A stretch of 64,000 nucleotides of DNA, taken from Chrysomallon squamiferum. Its lineage: Eukaryota; Animalia; Mollusca. A program made the translations under genes and the position numbers. Shown piece after piece: positions 27,820-40,223 of this stretch; position 1 is the first letter of the stretch; every line of letters starts with the position of its first letter. The DNA lies in NCBI GenBank assembly GCA_012295275.1, contig CM022674.1:15252001-15316000 (forward strand), in the 5' to 3' direction. Below the pieces are notes generated by a model, which was not told the origin of the DNA, made no database searches, and saw only the letters and a list, made by a program, of their open reading frames with translations.

Positions 27820-30678
27820 TCATGTTGGTAATCTGAGTTCAGTCGTTCAACTTGTTTCCACATCAACTCAAGTACCAAGCAGATTTTCTCCTAATCCATG
27901 TACAGGTTTTCAGTGACACAGTCTCCAAGCTCATTGCAGCCAGCACCTGGTGCTAGGGCATCCCAGTGTGTAATTCAGTAAAATTAGCTAATTAGAGGAA
28001 TGATAATGTTCAGATCCAGACATATATTGTTTTTTCCAGTGTTGTCTCAGCAATTAATATCACAGAAAGAAATTTTTAAGTACTTTTGAAAAGATAGATA
28101 ACCTAATTAAAAGTTACCACTGTTTATGATTTTACATATACATACAAGTTTATATATACATATTAGTGATTAAAATATTTTGTCTTGTATATAGAATAGT
28201 ATCAATATACAGAAATATTTATTTTGCGATGTACATTTTTGCATTACTTTCCTTTTGTTTTCTGAAATAAAGCTACTGAGATGGGAATGGTACCAAAATT
28301 GAGGTATGTTAATATTATGTAATTTGGTGTCACACAAAATAAACAACACAAAATTTGACCTGTATGGGGTCACAAAAAGATATATATTTATGTAAATGTT
28401 ACATTAGTGTCAATTTCCAGTTAATTATCTTTAATGATATTGCTTGATGTAAATGTTGACAAACAATAAATTTTGACGGATACATTTCATTTTTTTTTTT
28501 AAAGTAAAATTGGAACAGTTTCACCAAATATGATGAATATTTAATGAATATCAATCAGTGAATATTTATTTAATAATATATAGCACACATGAATGCCAGC
28601 ATTCAGCTAGGCATCCCCAAATGTGATATATATAAAATCTGTGATGAAGGCAATAAAATAAATTCCAGATAATACTAAAGATGTCACATTATTTGCAGCA
28701 AGCATTGTTATTGTATTATCTGTGATGGGTTGAAAGACTTGAAAAAAAATTAAATGTCATTTTCTGTTGTGAATCACAAAATATCACAGTGTATTGAATT
28801 ACACTGTTAGTATCAGAACATACTGATACACTGATTATCATTGTTTAACTGATGTAATTGAATTTACATCACTTAAGATGACAGTATTATGCAACACTCA
28901 TGATATCACTGTGTATTGAATGATATTTTCAGTTTCACAGTATGTTGACAGTCTGGATTGTGACTGTATATTTGACATTATTTAATATGGTGTCAATTAA
29001 CTGTATATTATGTGATATTTCAAGTGTCACTGCATTTTCTGTCAAATTTGAGATGTCTATGGATTTTAGATGGTGTTCACACTATTGCTGGATACTGTAG
29101 ACACTCCAACTGTTATTAACAGGTCTAACATGGTTTGTTCCTAAAATGATTTGTTGCCCAATTCTAAATAAAGGTGTAATATAATCACCAGTTTGTTACT
29201 GCTATCACTGTTTGCTTTGGACTGTTGCAGGAATATCAAAAGGCATGACAGTCAAGCTGAATCAAACAGTACCAAAAAATGGTGTCATTTCACTTTTTCA
29301 GCAACATCTGACATGGTACTTGTTTCCAAACACCATTCTGCTGATTTATGGCTTATCTTATATTATGGTACACAATTGTGGGTGAACTAGTATTCTGAAG
29401 TGAAAATAATTCTGCTGCATATCTCTGTATAACACATATGAGATAGTGTTACATTCAACACATTAATTTTACTAGTGCTACAGAAGTAAAACATAAAATT
29501 ACAAATAATGAAGTAAATTTGATTAACAGTCATCATTTAGTCTAAACAGAAATTGTTAAACCACTAATAAGTTTGCATGTTTGATAAATATGTTTAATAA
29601 ATAAATCTTTTATTAGAAAACAATAAAACTAGAACTACATAATTTGACATAACCATTATGCCAAATGCATGTACATGTGTGGCAGCATAGGATAACCAGT
29701 TGGATATTTTGCAATTTAATTTTGAGTTACAGCCTGTTAATGCTGTCCAATGCATCAAAACATAAGGGTTTTTTTCAAATAGTTTTGAAAACATCTAAGC
29801 TCATGTCTGTACATGTTTTTTGCTGAAATCAGTCAATAAATCATGTTCTTTGTGTTTTTGTGTGACCTGTCAAAATCTTAATTAACAAAATTATGCTAAA
29901 ACTGCAGACTTCAATGCACCCCCATGGATTGCACAACAATGATGTTTACAATGTGATTTATCTTATTCCATCAAAATTTGAGTTTTTTATAATTTTCACT
30001 GTGTGACTGGTTGTCCTATACTGACACATACATGTATCTTTCATATGTTTACTTGTTAATAAATTACTTACCAGATACAATATATACTCATACTAAACTT
30101 ATAAAGAGTGATAATGATTTATTAATTTACATAACAATGAGTTGTACTACTACAACTTTTGTATAGATTTCTACTTTTTGTTTTGTTTTTCTTCAAAATC
30201 AATTAATTAAATTAAATCTTGGGTGTATATAATAAGATTTATGTAATAAAAACCTAATTACAATCATATTCTGCTTTAACAATAATGAATGGATATTGGT
30301 GCCTTTGATTTAATTCATTGTTTTCATTTTATTTGTTTTGTGTTGTTTTGTTTTTTCCTCTTTGTTTTGATTTTGTAATTTGTTTGTAACTTCTTTTTTT
30401 TAAACTTATTGTATTGTTGTAACTGTTATTATTGTTACTATTTAAAAACAACACACAAAAAAAAAAAACTGATTAACAGTGCCATTAAAACATTTCAGGC
30501 ATCATTTACCATAATGTACCACTAAACAAGCAAAAAAATGTTTAATCATAGAATCTATTTCTGAATTGTAAATTTTCACCTTAATTGTTTAGCATCTTCC
30601 AAAACTGTATAAATGTACACATTTTTGAGACAAATTAACATTTTAAAATAATGTTTTACATAAATATATGTTCCATTT

Positions 30679-30730
<52 letters not shown>

Positions 30731-31959
30731 TGTATGTATGTGTGTACCTATATCATATCTCAGCTTGTTTTAAGTATTAATCTTAATTTTCTTGACTTGA
30801 AAGTAATTTTTGATCTTTAACTGCTTAATTTTCAAACCATTATAAAGTAACTTTTTTTGATCTTTAATTACTTATGCAAATAAAATCAAACCGTTATAAT
30901 CGGTAACTTTTTGTTGTTATTATTCTTTCATTTATTTATATGCTATTTTGGCACCAGTGAAGTTAATTATTGTTAGTTATTTGAATTAATCACCAATAAA
31001 TCATTTAAAAAGAGAAGAAAACTTTAATAATAAAAAGATAAGTGCTTACATCGGCTTTTTTTTATTTTTTTTTTTTTTTTAGTGAGCTGCATTATCGTCT
31101 GCTTGTTCATACAATTTATTTCCGGTTTGTCAAACCTTTGAATTATGGGTAAAATTAGACCAAATAATTATTTGTTTCTGTAATATCAATACCGTTCTGT
31201 ATTTTATATTTGAGTATTATTTTTAAATTTTAAAGATAGATGAGTATTTCTCCAAGTGCAATAAAACAAAGCTAATTGGATTAGACTAGTAAATGAGTAA
31301 CAATGTTTGAGGACGATATTGAAATTATGAGGGGAGGGAAAGAAGAACGAAAAAGAACTATAGTGTTCTTGTTGCTATTATTATTATTACTTAAAGCTTG
31401 GGGAGTCTAGAAAATCATTGTTAAGTAATATAATGACAGTGAATGTGCACTAAATGGTAATATAATTAAAATGGCGTGCTTTTTCTCCCCCGCTGACTAG
31501 TTGCGCCAGTGAAAGACAGAGGTGTGAGAAAGTTACGTTTGTAAGCAAAATTTCGGGAATAATTTTTTATTTATATTTAATTATATTTATATATATTTCA
31601 TTTCGTTTGATTTATTTTTTATTTATTTATTTATTTATTATTTGAATGCATGCGGGGATACTTTTTTGTGGGGGAGTCATATGACAGTTTACATTTTAAA
31701 TATGTTAATTGTGACATTATACTCTATTACGATCTTAAGTTTTATTAAAAATTTTTTTTGTTTTGTTAAACTTCGCTTGTTATGATTAAAAGATAATATT
31801 GCATGGGGATAGAAATTTTATTTAACGCTTCACTTTTTCTTTTCTTTTCTTTTTCTTTTTTTTTTTTTCTTCTGGACAATATTACATACTTCGGATTTTC
31901 ATATATCAAATCTTTATTTCGTTACAGCGTTTCGCTACGTACAGAAACAACACTAGAAT

Positions 31960-32198
31960 CGATGTTATAACGTACTACTACTATTGTTACAGCTGATATT
32001 TATACTATAACCTCTGCTACGATTAACAGCAGTATTTAGGAATGTGAAGCTACGTTTATGTAAACTAGTGGTATGTCCACAACTTCCAGTAAGAAGATTT
32101 ACTTTGCTTATGACATTCACAGCAAATACATTTCAGAACAGAAAGAGATCTGAAGAAAAAGATAATAAATAAAAATTAATTTAAAAAAATAGTAATAC

Positions 32199-32272
<74 letters not shown>

Positions 32273-33056
32273 AAAAAAGCAAAGCAACAAAACAAAAACA
32301 ACAACAACTCACACACAAAAGAGCAAAACAATAACAAATGAAGAAACGACAAATACATCACTTTTTCTTTGCACTAACGTAATATCATAATCATTTTATA
32401 CAGAGGACTGCCTGGCGGATTTTTGATAGAACTTTGTCTACACTAAATAACTGTTTCTACAATAACAATAGCTGTAATTCTGTAACAGAAATAAATAAAT
32501 AACTCATTGTCAAATATCGATTTGAGCAGTTTAAACTAATATATATATATATATCTCATATAATTGCCGCATCACGTATATTTTTTAAATATCATCTATA
32601 AATAAATAAATAGATAAATAAATAAACAAATAAATCTAACGAAAGATATAGAATGATTTTGTGCTAGTGTGTAAGGGCAAAATGCCATAGCCGTTAGTTG
32701 CGTCCCGTTTGCCATCATTTGCAACCTAACGCACAGTGTGTCCGGAAGAGGGCGCAGCAATAACAGAGAATTAGTGTGCACAAGAAATGAAAATAGAAAT
32801 TTCCAAAAGATCAGGAAAGCTGATTTTCGAAAAGTTTTATTACGCTGATTGATCATATCAGACGAAAAAACAAGGTAAGAACAGTCTTCACTCTTGCAGG
32901 CATGTATCTGATTTTTATTATTTTTATTCTACGCCCTCTCCACAAGAAAAAGCTGACTTCATGTCGATCTTAACACGGGCACGGACGAAATCGCTCTACG
33001 GTTATGTGAATCTAGATACTGTTGATTATGTCATTGAACTTGTTGTTCTTTATGTT

Positions 33057-33132
<76 letters not shown>

Positions 33133-34490
33133 CAGACATATCTAAAAGTTTGGTCACTTTGAGTTCTATTTGTAAAATTCTATTTGCTAAACATTCAACC
33201 TTTTTCTTGTACATGTTTAAATTCAATGAAAATAAAATTATAAACATAAAATAGACAACTGATATAGAATCAATGTTATAACGTACTACTACTATTGTTA
33301 CAACTGATATCGATACTACAACCTCTGCTACGATTAACAGGCACTATTAAGGAATGTGAACTAGTGGCATGTCCACAATTTCCAGTAAGAAGATGATTAC
33401 GTTGCATTTGACATTCACAGCAAATACATTTCAGAAAAGAAAGCGATCTGAAGAAAAAAAACAATAAATAAAAAAATAAAAAAAAAAAAAAAAAAATTAA
33501 TAAATAATAATAAAAATCATCATCATCATCATCATAAATAAATAAATAAAAAAAAAAAAGCAAAGCAACAAAAAAAAAAAAACAACAACAACCCACAAAC
33601 AAAACAGCAAAACAATAACAAATGAAGAAACGACAAATACATCACTTTTTCTGTGCACTAACGTAATATCATAATCATTTTATAGAGAGCAGTGGGTGGC
33701 GGATTTTTGATAGAACTTTGTCTACACTAAATAACTGTTTCTACAATAACAATAGCTGTAATTCTGTAACAGAAATAAATAAATAACTCATTGTCAAATA
33801 TCGATTTGAGCAGTTTAAACTAATATATATATATATATATCTCATATAATTGCCGCATCACGTATATTTTTTAAATATCATCTATAAATAAATAAATAGA
33901 TAAATAAATAAACAAATAAATCTAACGAAAGATATAGAATTATTTTGTGCTAGTGTGCAAGGGCAAAATGCCATAGCCGTTAGTTGCGTCCCGTTTGCCA
34001 TCATTTGCAACCTAACGCACAGTGTGTCCGGAAGAGGGCGCAGCAATAACAGAGAATTAGTGTGCACAAGAAATGAAACTAGAAATTTCCAAAAGATCAG
34101 GTAAGCTGATTTTCTGAAAGTTTTATTACACTGATTGATCATATCAGACGATAAAACAAGGTAAGAACAATCTTCACTCCTGCAGGCATGTATCTGATTT
34201 TTATTATTATTATTCTACGCCCTCTCCACAAGAAAGAGCTGGCTTCATGTCGATCTTAGCACGGGCACGGACGAAATCGCTCTACGGTTATGTGAAACTA
34301 GACACTGTTAACAATGATTATGTCATTGAACTTGTTGTTATTCATGTTTATATATATATATATATATAGGCACACACACACATACACACACACATATGTA
34401 AAGGTTTGGTCAGTTTGAGTTATATTTGTAAAATTCTATCTGCTAAACATTCAACCTCTTTCTTGTACATTATAAACATAAAATAGACAA
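31960..34490 (+). repeat. ~1.29-kb tandem duplication of the promoter/non-coding first exon of PARP paralog 2
   Basis: Near-identical blocks offset by 1286 bp (donor CAAG/GTAAGA at 32874 and 34160). Confidence 0.9.
33960..34166 (+). promoter_or_regulatory. Promoter plus non-coding exon 1 module shared by PARP paralogs 2-4 (also ~32680, ~50715 partial, ~51110, ~60065)
   Basis: CCGGAAG (ETS-like), GAAATGAAACT (ISRE-like, 34070-34080) and GAAATTTCC, then donor AAG/GTAAGA. Each full copy lies 500-800 bp before a coding-exon acceptor, except the extra upstream duplicate. Confidence 0.6.
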
Positions 34491-34561
34491 CTGATATTTA
34501 AAATTTAATAAGGATAAAATGTTTTTTCCTCATATATGTTTTTTCCTTTTTCTTGTACATG

Positions 34562-34620
<59 letters not shown>

Positions 34621-34779
34621 GAGGAAAAAACATTTTATCCTTATTAACATTTTATCCTTACATATATATATATATATATATATATATTATTTTCAGTGAA
34701 TTTAAACATGTACAATTAAAGAGGTTGAATGCTTAGCAGTTAGAATTTTACAAATAAAACTCAAACTGACCAAACTTTT
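34401..34779. repeat. Nested inverted repeat (fold-back/MITE-like) in 5'-UTR intron
   Basis: 34401-34470 is complementary to 34707-34779, and 34506-34538 to 34614-34645, around a (CA)n loop. The outer arms also occur at ~51555-51800. Confidence 0.85.
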
Positions 34780-34939
34780 GATAATTCAGTATTAAATGTA
34801 TTGAAAAATATATATAAAAAACAACACAAAAAAATCAAAAACAAACAAGAGTCACTGTTATATTTAATGATGAAAATACCATAGCTGGTGAAGATTTAAG
34901 AGAAATCAGTGATTCACTCTTACATATTATTTCAGAAGT

Positions 34940-37900
34940 ATGTCTCATTTTGATGAATTTGATGATACTGATGCCTTCGAAACAAGTGAGGGGTATCACC
35001 AAGATGATCTTCCAGAACATGCCAATATGCGTAGTTATTCAGAACGAAGGTCAGAATTACAGGCTTCATCCTATTCTACTGGTAGAGGTAGAGGAGAATG
35101 GGATGGTTTTAATAGAGGTAGCGGTAAAAGGTGTGGTTTTGACAGAGGTAGAGGACAAAGGGCTGATTTTTGATAGAGGAGAGGGGGTTTTATAGAGAGG
35201 ACAATGGGATGATTTTTTAGATGGAGATGGAGGAGAATGGGATGGTTTTGATGGAGATGGAGGAGAATGGGATGGTTTTGATGGAGATGGAGGATAATGG
35301 GATGGTTTTGATGGAGATGGAGGAGAATGGGATGGTTTTGATGAAGGTGAAGGACAATGCGATGATTTTCATAGAGGCAGAGGAGAATGGGGTGGATTTG
35401 ATAGAGGCAGAGGACAGTGGGGTGGTTTTGATGGAGGTGGAGGACAATGGGATGGTTTTGACGGAGGTCGTGGAGAATGGGATGATTTTCATAGAGGCAG
35501 AGGAGAATGGGGTGGATTTGATAGAGGTAGAGGAGAGTGGGGTGGATTTGATAGAGGTAGAGGAGAATGGGGTGGATTTCATAGAGGCAGAGGAGAGTGG
35601 GGTGGTTTTGGTAGAGGTAGAGGGGAATGGAGTTATTTTGCTAATAAACATTCACAAGAAACAGACTGGCACAGAAGAAGACGACATGAAATGACCAGCA
35701 GCGATAATCCTACACAGTTTTCAAACTGACCAATGGTTAAAAGAAAGAACAGATTCACAGACTGGTCTATGGTATTCAGCTTCTGGAGAGTATGACAGCG
35801 ATGATTCCTCAAGGACTGGTTATTCGGATTCATCTGAATATGATGATAGTGAGGACCAGGATGAGGAAAATGAAATTATTGACATAGTATGGAACATTCT
35901 TCTTCAAAAATTTAATGGACGTACCGAGTTCTCGAAACTGATGAAGGAAAACTGTCTTCCTGTAGAAGCACAAGATGTTTCATGGTTTTATGAACATGAA
36001 GAAGACTTTTTGCTTTTCACACAGAATAGGGAAATTAAAATAGTTTCTGTGTTTTCAGAATATGCCAGAATCTGTCATGATTACAATACTTCACATATGT
36101 ACACAGTTTGTACTACGTCAGTGTAAACGCTCTTCTGGTTAGTGTCTTTCACATAATTTTTTTGACAAGAAAAATAAGAATAGCATTGAGGAGATAGGTT
36201 TGGGATTTTTGAAAAATAAGAACATTGCAAAGGTTGTCAGATGCAGCACCCCTAAATGGTGTGAAGAATATCAGAATGGTGTCAAACATGATGAATATTG
36301 TCCACTAATTCATGTCTGTAGAAAAGAGGACTGCAATAAGATGTGTGGCTTAGAACATGACATCAAGTCATCTGAACACAACCAGTGGGTGCTTCAAATG
36401 TTTAATTTATGTGATTTCCCTGAACCTTTTCTCACCAACATGCTTCTGTCCAGAGAACTGAATTACAAGCATGAAAAGGAAAATAAAAGGAAAATCACCG
36501 ATGCTGTTGAAAGTTCAGAAGAGAAAGGTGAAATTCATGCTGAAGAACTCTGTGATCAAGTTCAGCAACAAATGCTAAACAATGAGAAACAATCTGCTGA
36601 GGCTAAAGTCATAGATCGTCCAGTTCCTAAACCCCGCGTAAAGTCTCTGCCTTCCGTTGCCGTCGCTTCTTGTGGAATATCTCGTGAATCACACGATAAT
36701 GATGTTGAAGAGGTTTCTTTTGCAATATCCAAGTTATCACATGACAGTAATGTGGAAGAAGAATCCGTTGAAAATTCCCAGCAATCAAATGACAGTGACG
36801 AAGAAGCAGGTCCTAAGTGCAGTGATCTCTGTGAGAAATACATCTGGAGTCAATGTTCCAAAACTTCACACTACCATGGACCTAATCTTTTGCCATACCT
36901 GTGGCTGATAAAGATGCAGGAAAGGTGGATTCCCTTTGATGAAATGGAAAATGAAAAGATAGAAAGATCATTTTGTGACCGGGATAGGAAAATAAGTGAT
37001 GTTAAGGTCAGTTATCTACTTATATCTAAATGCTATAGTGTATACTATTGTTACACTATATTTGTGTTGCATTAGTACAAATTAAGTTGGATGTCGACAA
37101 AACACATTTGGAGTAAAAGCTATTTTTTTAATAAAAGAAAAATAACTAATGTATTGATTCTGAGATCTTCCCTTTAAACAATACTTTAGCTATTCTTTTA
37201 TCAATTATCACTGTTGATATCGTCTAAATAATATCTTTTCCTGTATTATTAAGTGATTTCTGTAAAAGGGTAGACATTCATTTGCTAAACTGCCTTGAAA
37301 ACTTGAGTACTTATAATATTTTTTATTTTTTATTATTTTTTTTTTTTTTTTTTAATTGCTGACAAGCAACATTTTGTCAGAATATTTCTTTATTTAACTT
37401 TTTTCTATGTATTCGGTTTATTAGATTTTTTCTTCAGTTTTTTTTTTTTTTTTTCCTTTTCTTTTTTTCCCCCTTGTTTTTATGTATTTAGCTTTTTATA
37501 CGCCTTCTTTTTGTATATATGGTTATTGTGATTCCTGTTATTTATATATTTCTCTTTTTGAAAGGTATCTGAGATCTCTATGGCATTAATCACATACGAG
37601 ACAATGACTGCTACAATTTACTTCAAACACACAGACGAAGAAACATTTGAAGAATCCACAGAAGTTCAACGTCTGTCAACTCCTTCCTATGTCACTGGAA
37701 CTGGCGATAATATGGCTGAATTAACACAGTGGTGTTGGTATTTCAAAGATGATAGAACAAACTGGTTACCATATAAACCAGTAAGTAATGAAATAGTATG
37801 GCCAATGCACAGATCAAAACCACATTATGTGTATCAGAGTTAGAACAAAAAATAAGACCTGCCCAGACTAAATCCCAGATGGATTTTTTTTTGTTTATCA

Positions 37901-38227
37901 AGTGGCTTTGCTTTTGTTTTTGTTATTCTGTTTATTTTCTTTCAAACCTAGGTTTTCTGTAAGAAAAGCCTTCAGGCTTTTGTTTACTGTGACATGATTA
38001 TGAAGTTATTTGCTTTTAATTAATAAATATATTTATTATTTTGTAGTGCTGTTTGAAAATACAATAAGCAAGAACCTTTTCTTAGCAGAAGACAAAATTG
38101 TGATCGTATATACTTAATGATGAACTTAAAATAATAATGTAGCTTTACTGTATGTGTGTATACAACTTTACTAATTCTTTATCATCTTATCTTTTATTTT
38201 ATTTTTTACCTTTTTATTTTTCTTCTT

Positions 38228-38260
<33 letters not shown>

Positions 38261-40223
38261 GCCAATTTACAGTACACTCTGGAAATGAAATACCAAAATA
38301 AGCAAGAATCATATTTCTTAGAGCGTGAGCATTTTCAGTATGAGATAAACTTTGAAGAAATGATAGAGACTAATTTAGAAACAAAGAAGACAAGACCAGT
38401 TCTGAGAAAACCCATATTTGTTTCTTCAGACGATGTCAGACAGTGCAGAAAAGTGTAAGTCATTGTAGAAATATTTCTGTCAGAAAAATACTGTACAGAT
38501 ATATAGTAGTAAAAAAAAAAAGCTGCACATCACCTGTCAATATTATAATTAATATTATTGGCTTCCTAAAACAAAAGTGAACACTGTCAGTCAGTTACCT
38601 TTTAATTAACTATTTTATTTAACAACACACTCATGACATTTTATTTTCAGTTACATGGCAGCAGAGTTATGGTTAAGGAGCACTGAGATGATGAGAGAGG
38701 AAAACCATTGCAGCCATGTCATGGGCTGCTCTTTCCTCTTAGCAGCAACGAATAATTTATATGCACCATCCCACAGACTGAAAAATAAGACCAGAGAGAC
38801 CTTGATACACTAGTTGTGGAGCATTAGCTAAAATGAGAATTTTCACAAATTGTCCATCACTGATCACTGATCTGAAGTCCCATCTCTACAATTTTACAAA
38901 TGACCTCACGCAGAGATAGACTGCATTCAGTTAATTGTTGAAAGCAGTAATATTTTTATTATACTGAATTTTCAAGCCTTATGATGATTTTCTAACAATA
39001 ACTTCATTACTTCTTAACAAATTTATTTTTCTCTTTGCATCTGCATAAATGTCACATTTTATAATATTGAATTCACCATTTTATTTGCAGATCCCATCCT
39101 AATCTGGCAACAGAGAAACCTATGTTGTCAGTGACTTCACCAGACGGCTGGGCACCCCTAGACTGTTATCAAACAGTAGAACTTGTGAAATTAAAACAGG
39201 GATGTTCAGAAGAAGCTGAGATGATCCACAATTATTTTTTTTCTACAATGGATCACTCAAGTGTGGAAATCATATCACTATTTCGTATACAGAATCCAGT
39301 ACTGTGGGAAAAATACTGCAGGTTGGTCTCTAGAAATCACCTGGAACATATACTTTTATCTTGTTCTATACATTTTGTATACATCCAAATTGATGTTTCC
39401 TTTGTCAGTAATATGTGATGATAAAAATGTAAACCCAAGAAAAAATATAAGTTTAATGTTATCAAAACTGAAATGTTAATGGTTGTAGAAAAAAGAACAA
39501 CAAATCAACAAGTGTACAAACTGTGGTAGGGTAACAATCTTAAGAAATAGACTGCATTTTGTTTACCTAAAACAGTGTTAGTGAGGATTTAAATAGAAGA
39601 GAGTAATGGTGATTTCAACCACTTTCAGTTAGCTATGGGATGTCACCTCAGTATCTCTTAGTTGTGAGGATGTCTTAATCTTTAAAATATCAGGGCAAGT
39701 CATTTATTATTTCCAATTTATTGTGATATAAAAACACCCCACAAAACCCCAGATAAATCAATATACTTATGCTTTTCTTCTAAATTTTAGTATGAAGAAA
39801 ACAATGGTGATGAAGCTTCAGCAGGAACATAGCACAGGCACAGTTAATGAAAAACATCTTTTCCATGGAACTAATAGCAAAACAGAAACAATCAGTGGTA
39901 TCTGTCATAACAACATTGACTTTCGCCTCAGTGGTAAGAATGGATCAGTTTATGGAGATGGGGCATATTTCGCACGTGATGCCAAATACAGTCATAGCTA
40001 CACCAGTGGTCCAGTGAGATCTGTCTTTTTTTCGAAAGTTCTTGTAGGTCACTACACCAAAGGTGACTCTAAATACTGTCGACCTCCTCCACGTACAGGT
40101 CATCATCTTTATGACTCGTGTGTCAATGACACTGAAAGGCCATCAGTTTACGTCATCTTTGACATGGCTCAGAGTTATCCAGAATATCTAATTCAGTATG
40201 CCGTTACTGAGAGTTTGAATTAG
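34940..40223 (+). pseudogene. ZAP/PARP12-like paralog 2, chimeric, disabled in its first coding exon
   Basis: Exons 34940-37006, 37565-37780, 38261-38454, 39091-39321, 39791-40223. Exon 1 has a frameshift/stop at ~35170, TAA at 35295-35297, TGA at ~35728 and deletions in CCCH fingers 1-2 (~36085-36145). Downstream WWE/PARP exons are open and near-identical to paralog 1. Confidence 0.8.
35082..35640 (+). repeat. 30-nt coding tandem repeat (GRGEWDGFDR / GRGEWGGFDR), ~18 units
   Basis: Unit ATAGAGGYAGAGGAGAATGGGRTGGWTTTG with a clear 30-nt period. Confidence 0.9.

Noticed and set aside
29193-29390. 65-aa ORF conserved at 41574-41771
   Set aside because: Conservation is explained by the recent segmental duplication; TTG start and no motif.
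35217-35694. 157-aa MEMEENGMVL ORF and its antisense 144-aa ORF
   Set aside because: Alternate-frame read-outs of the 30-nt repeat. The frame continuous with the gene start is GEWDGFDRGR.
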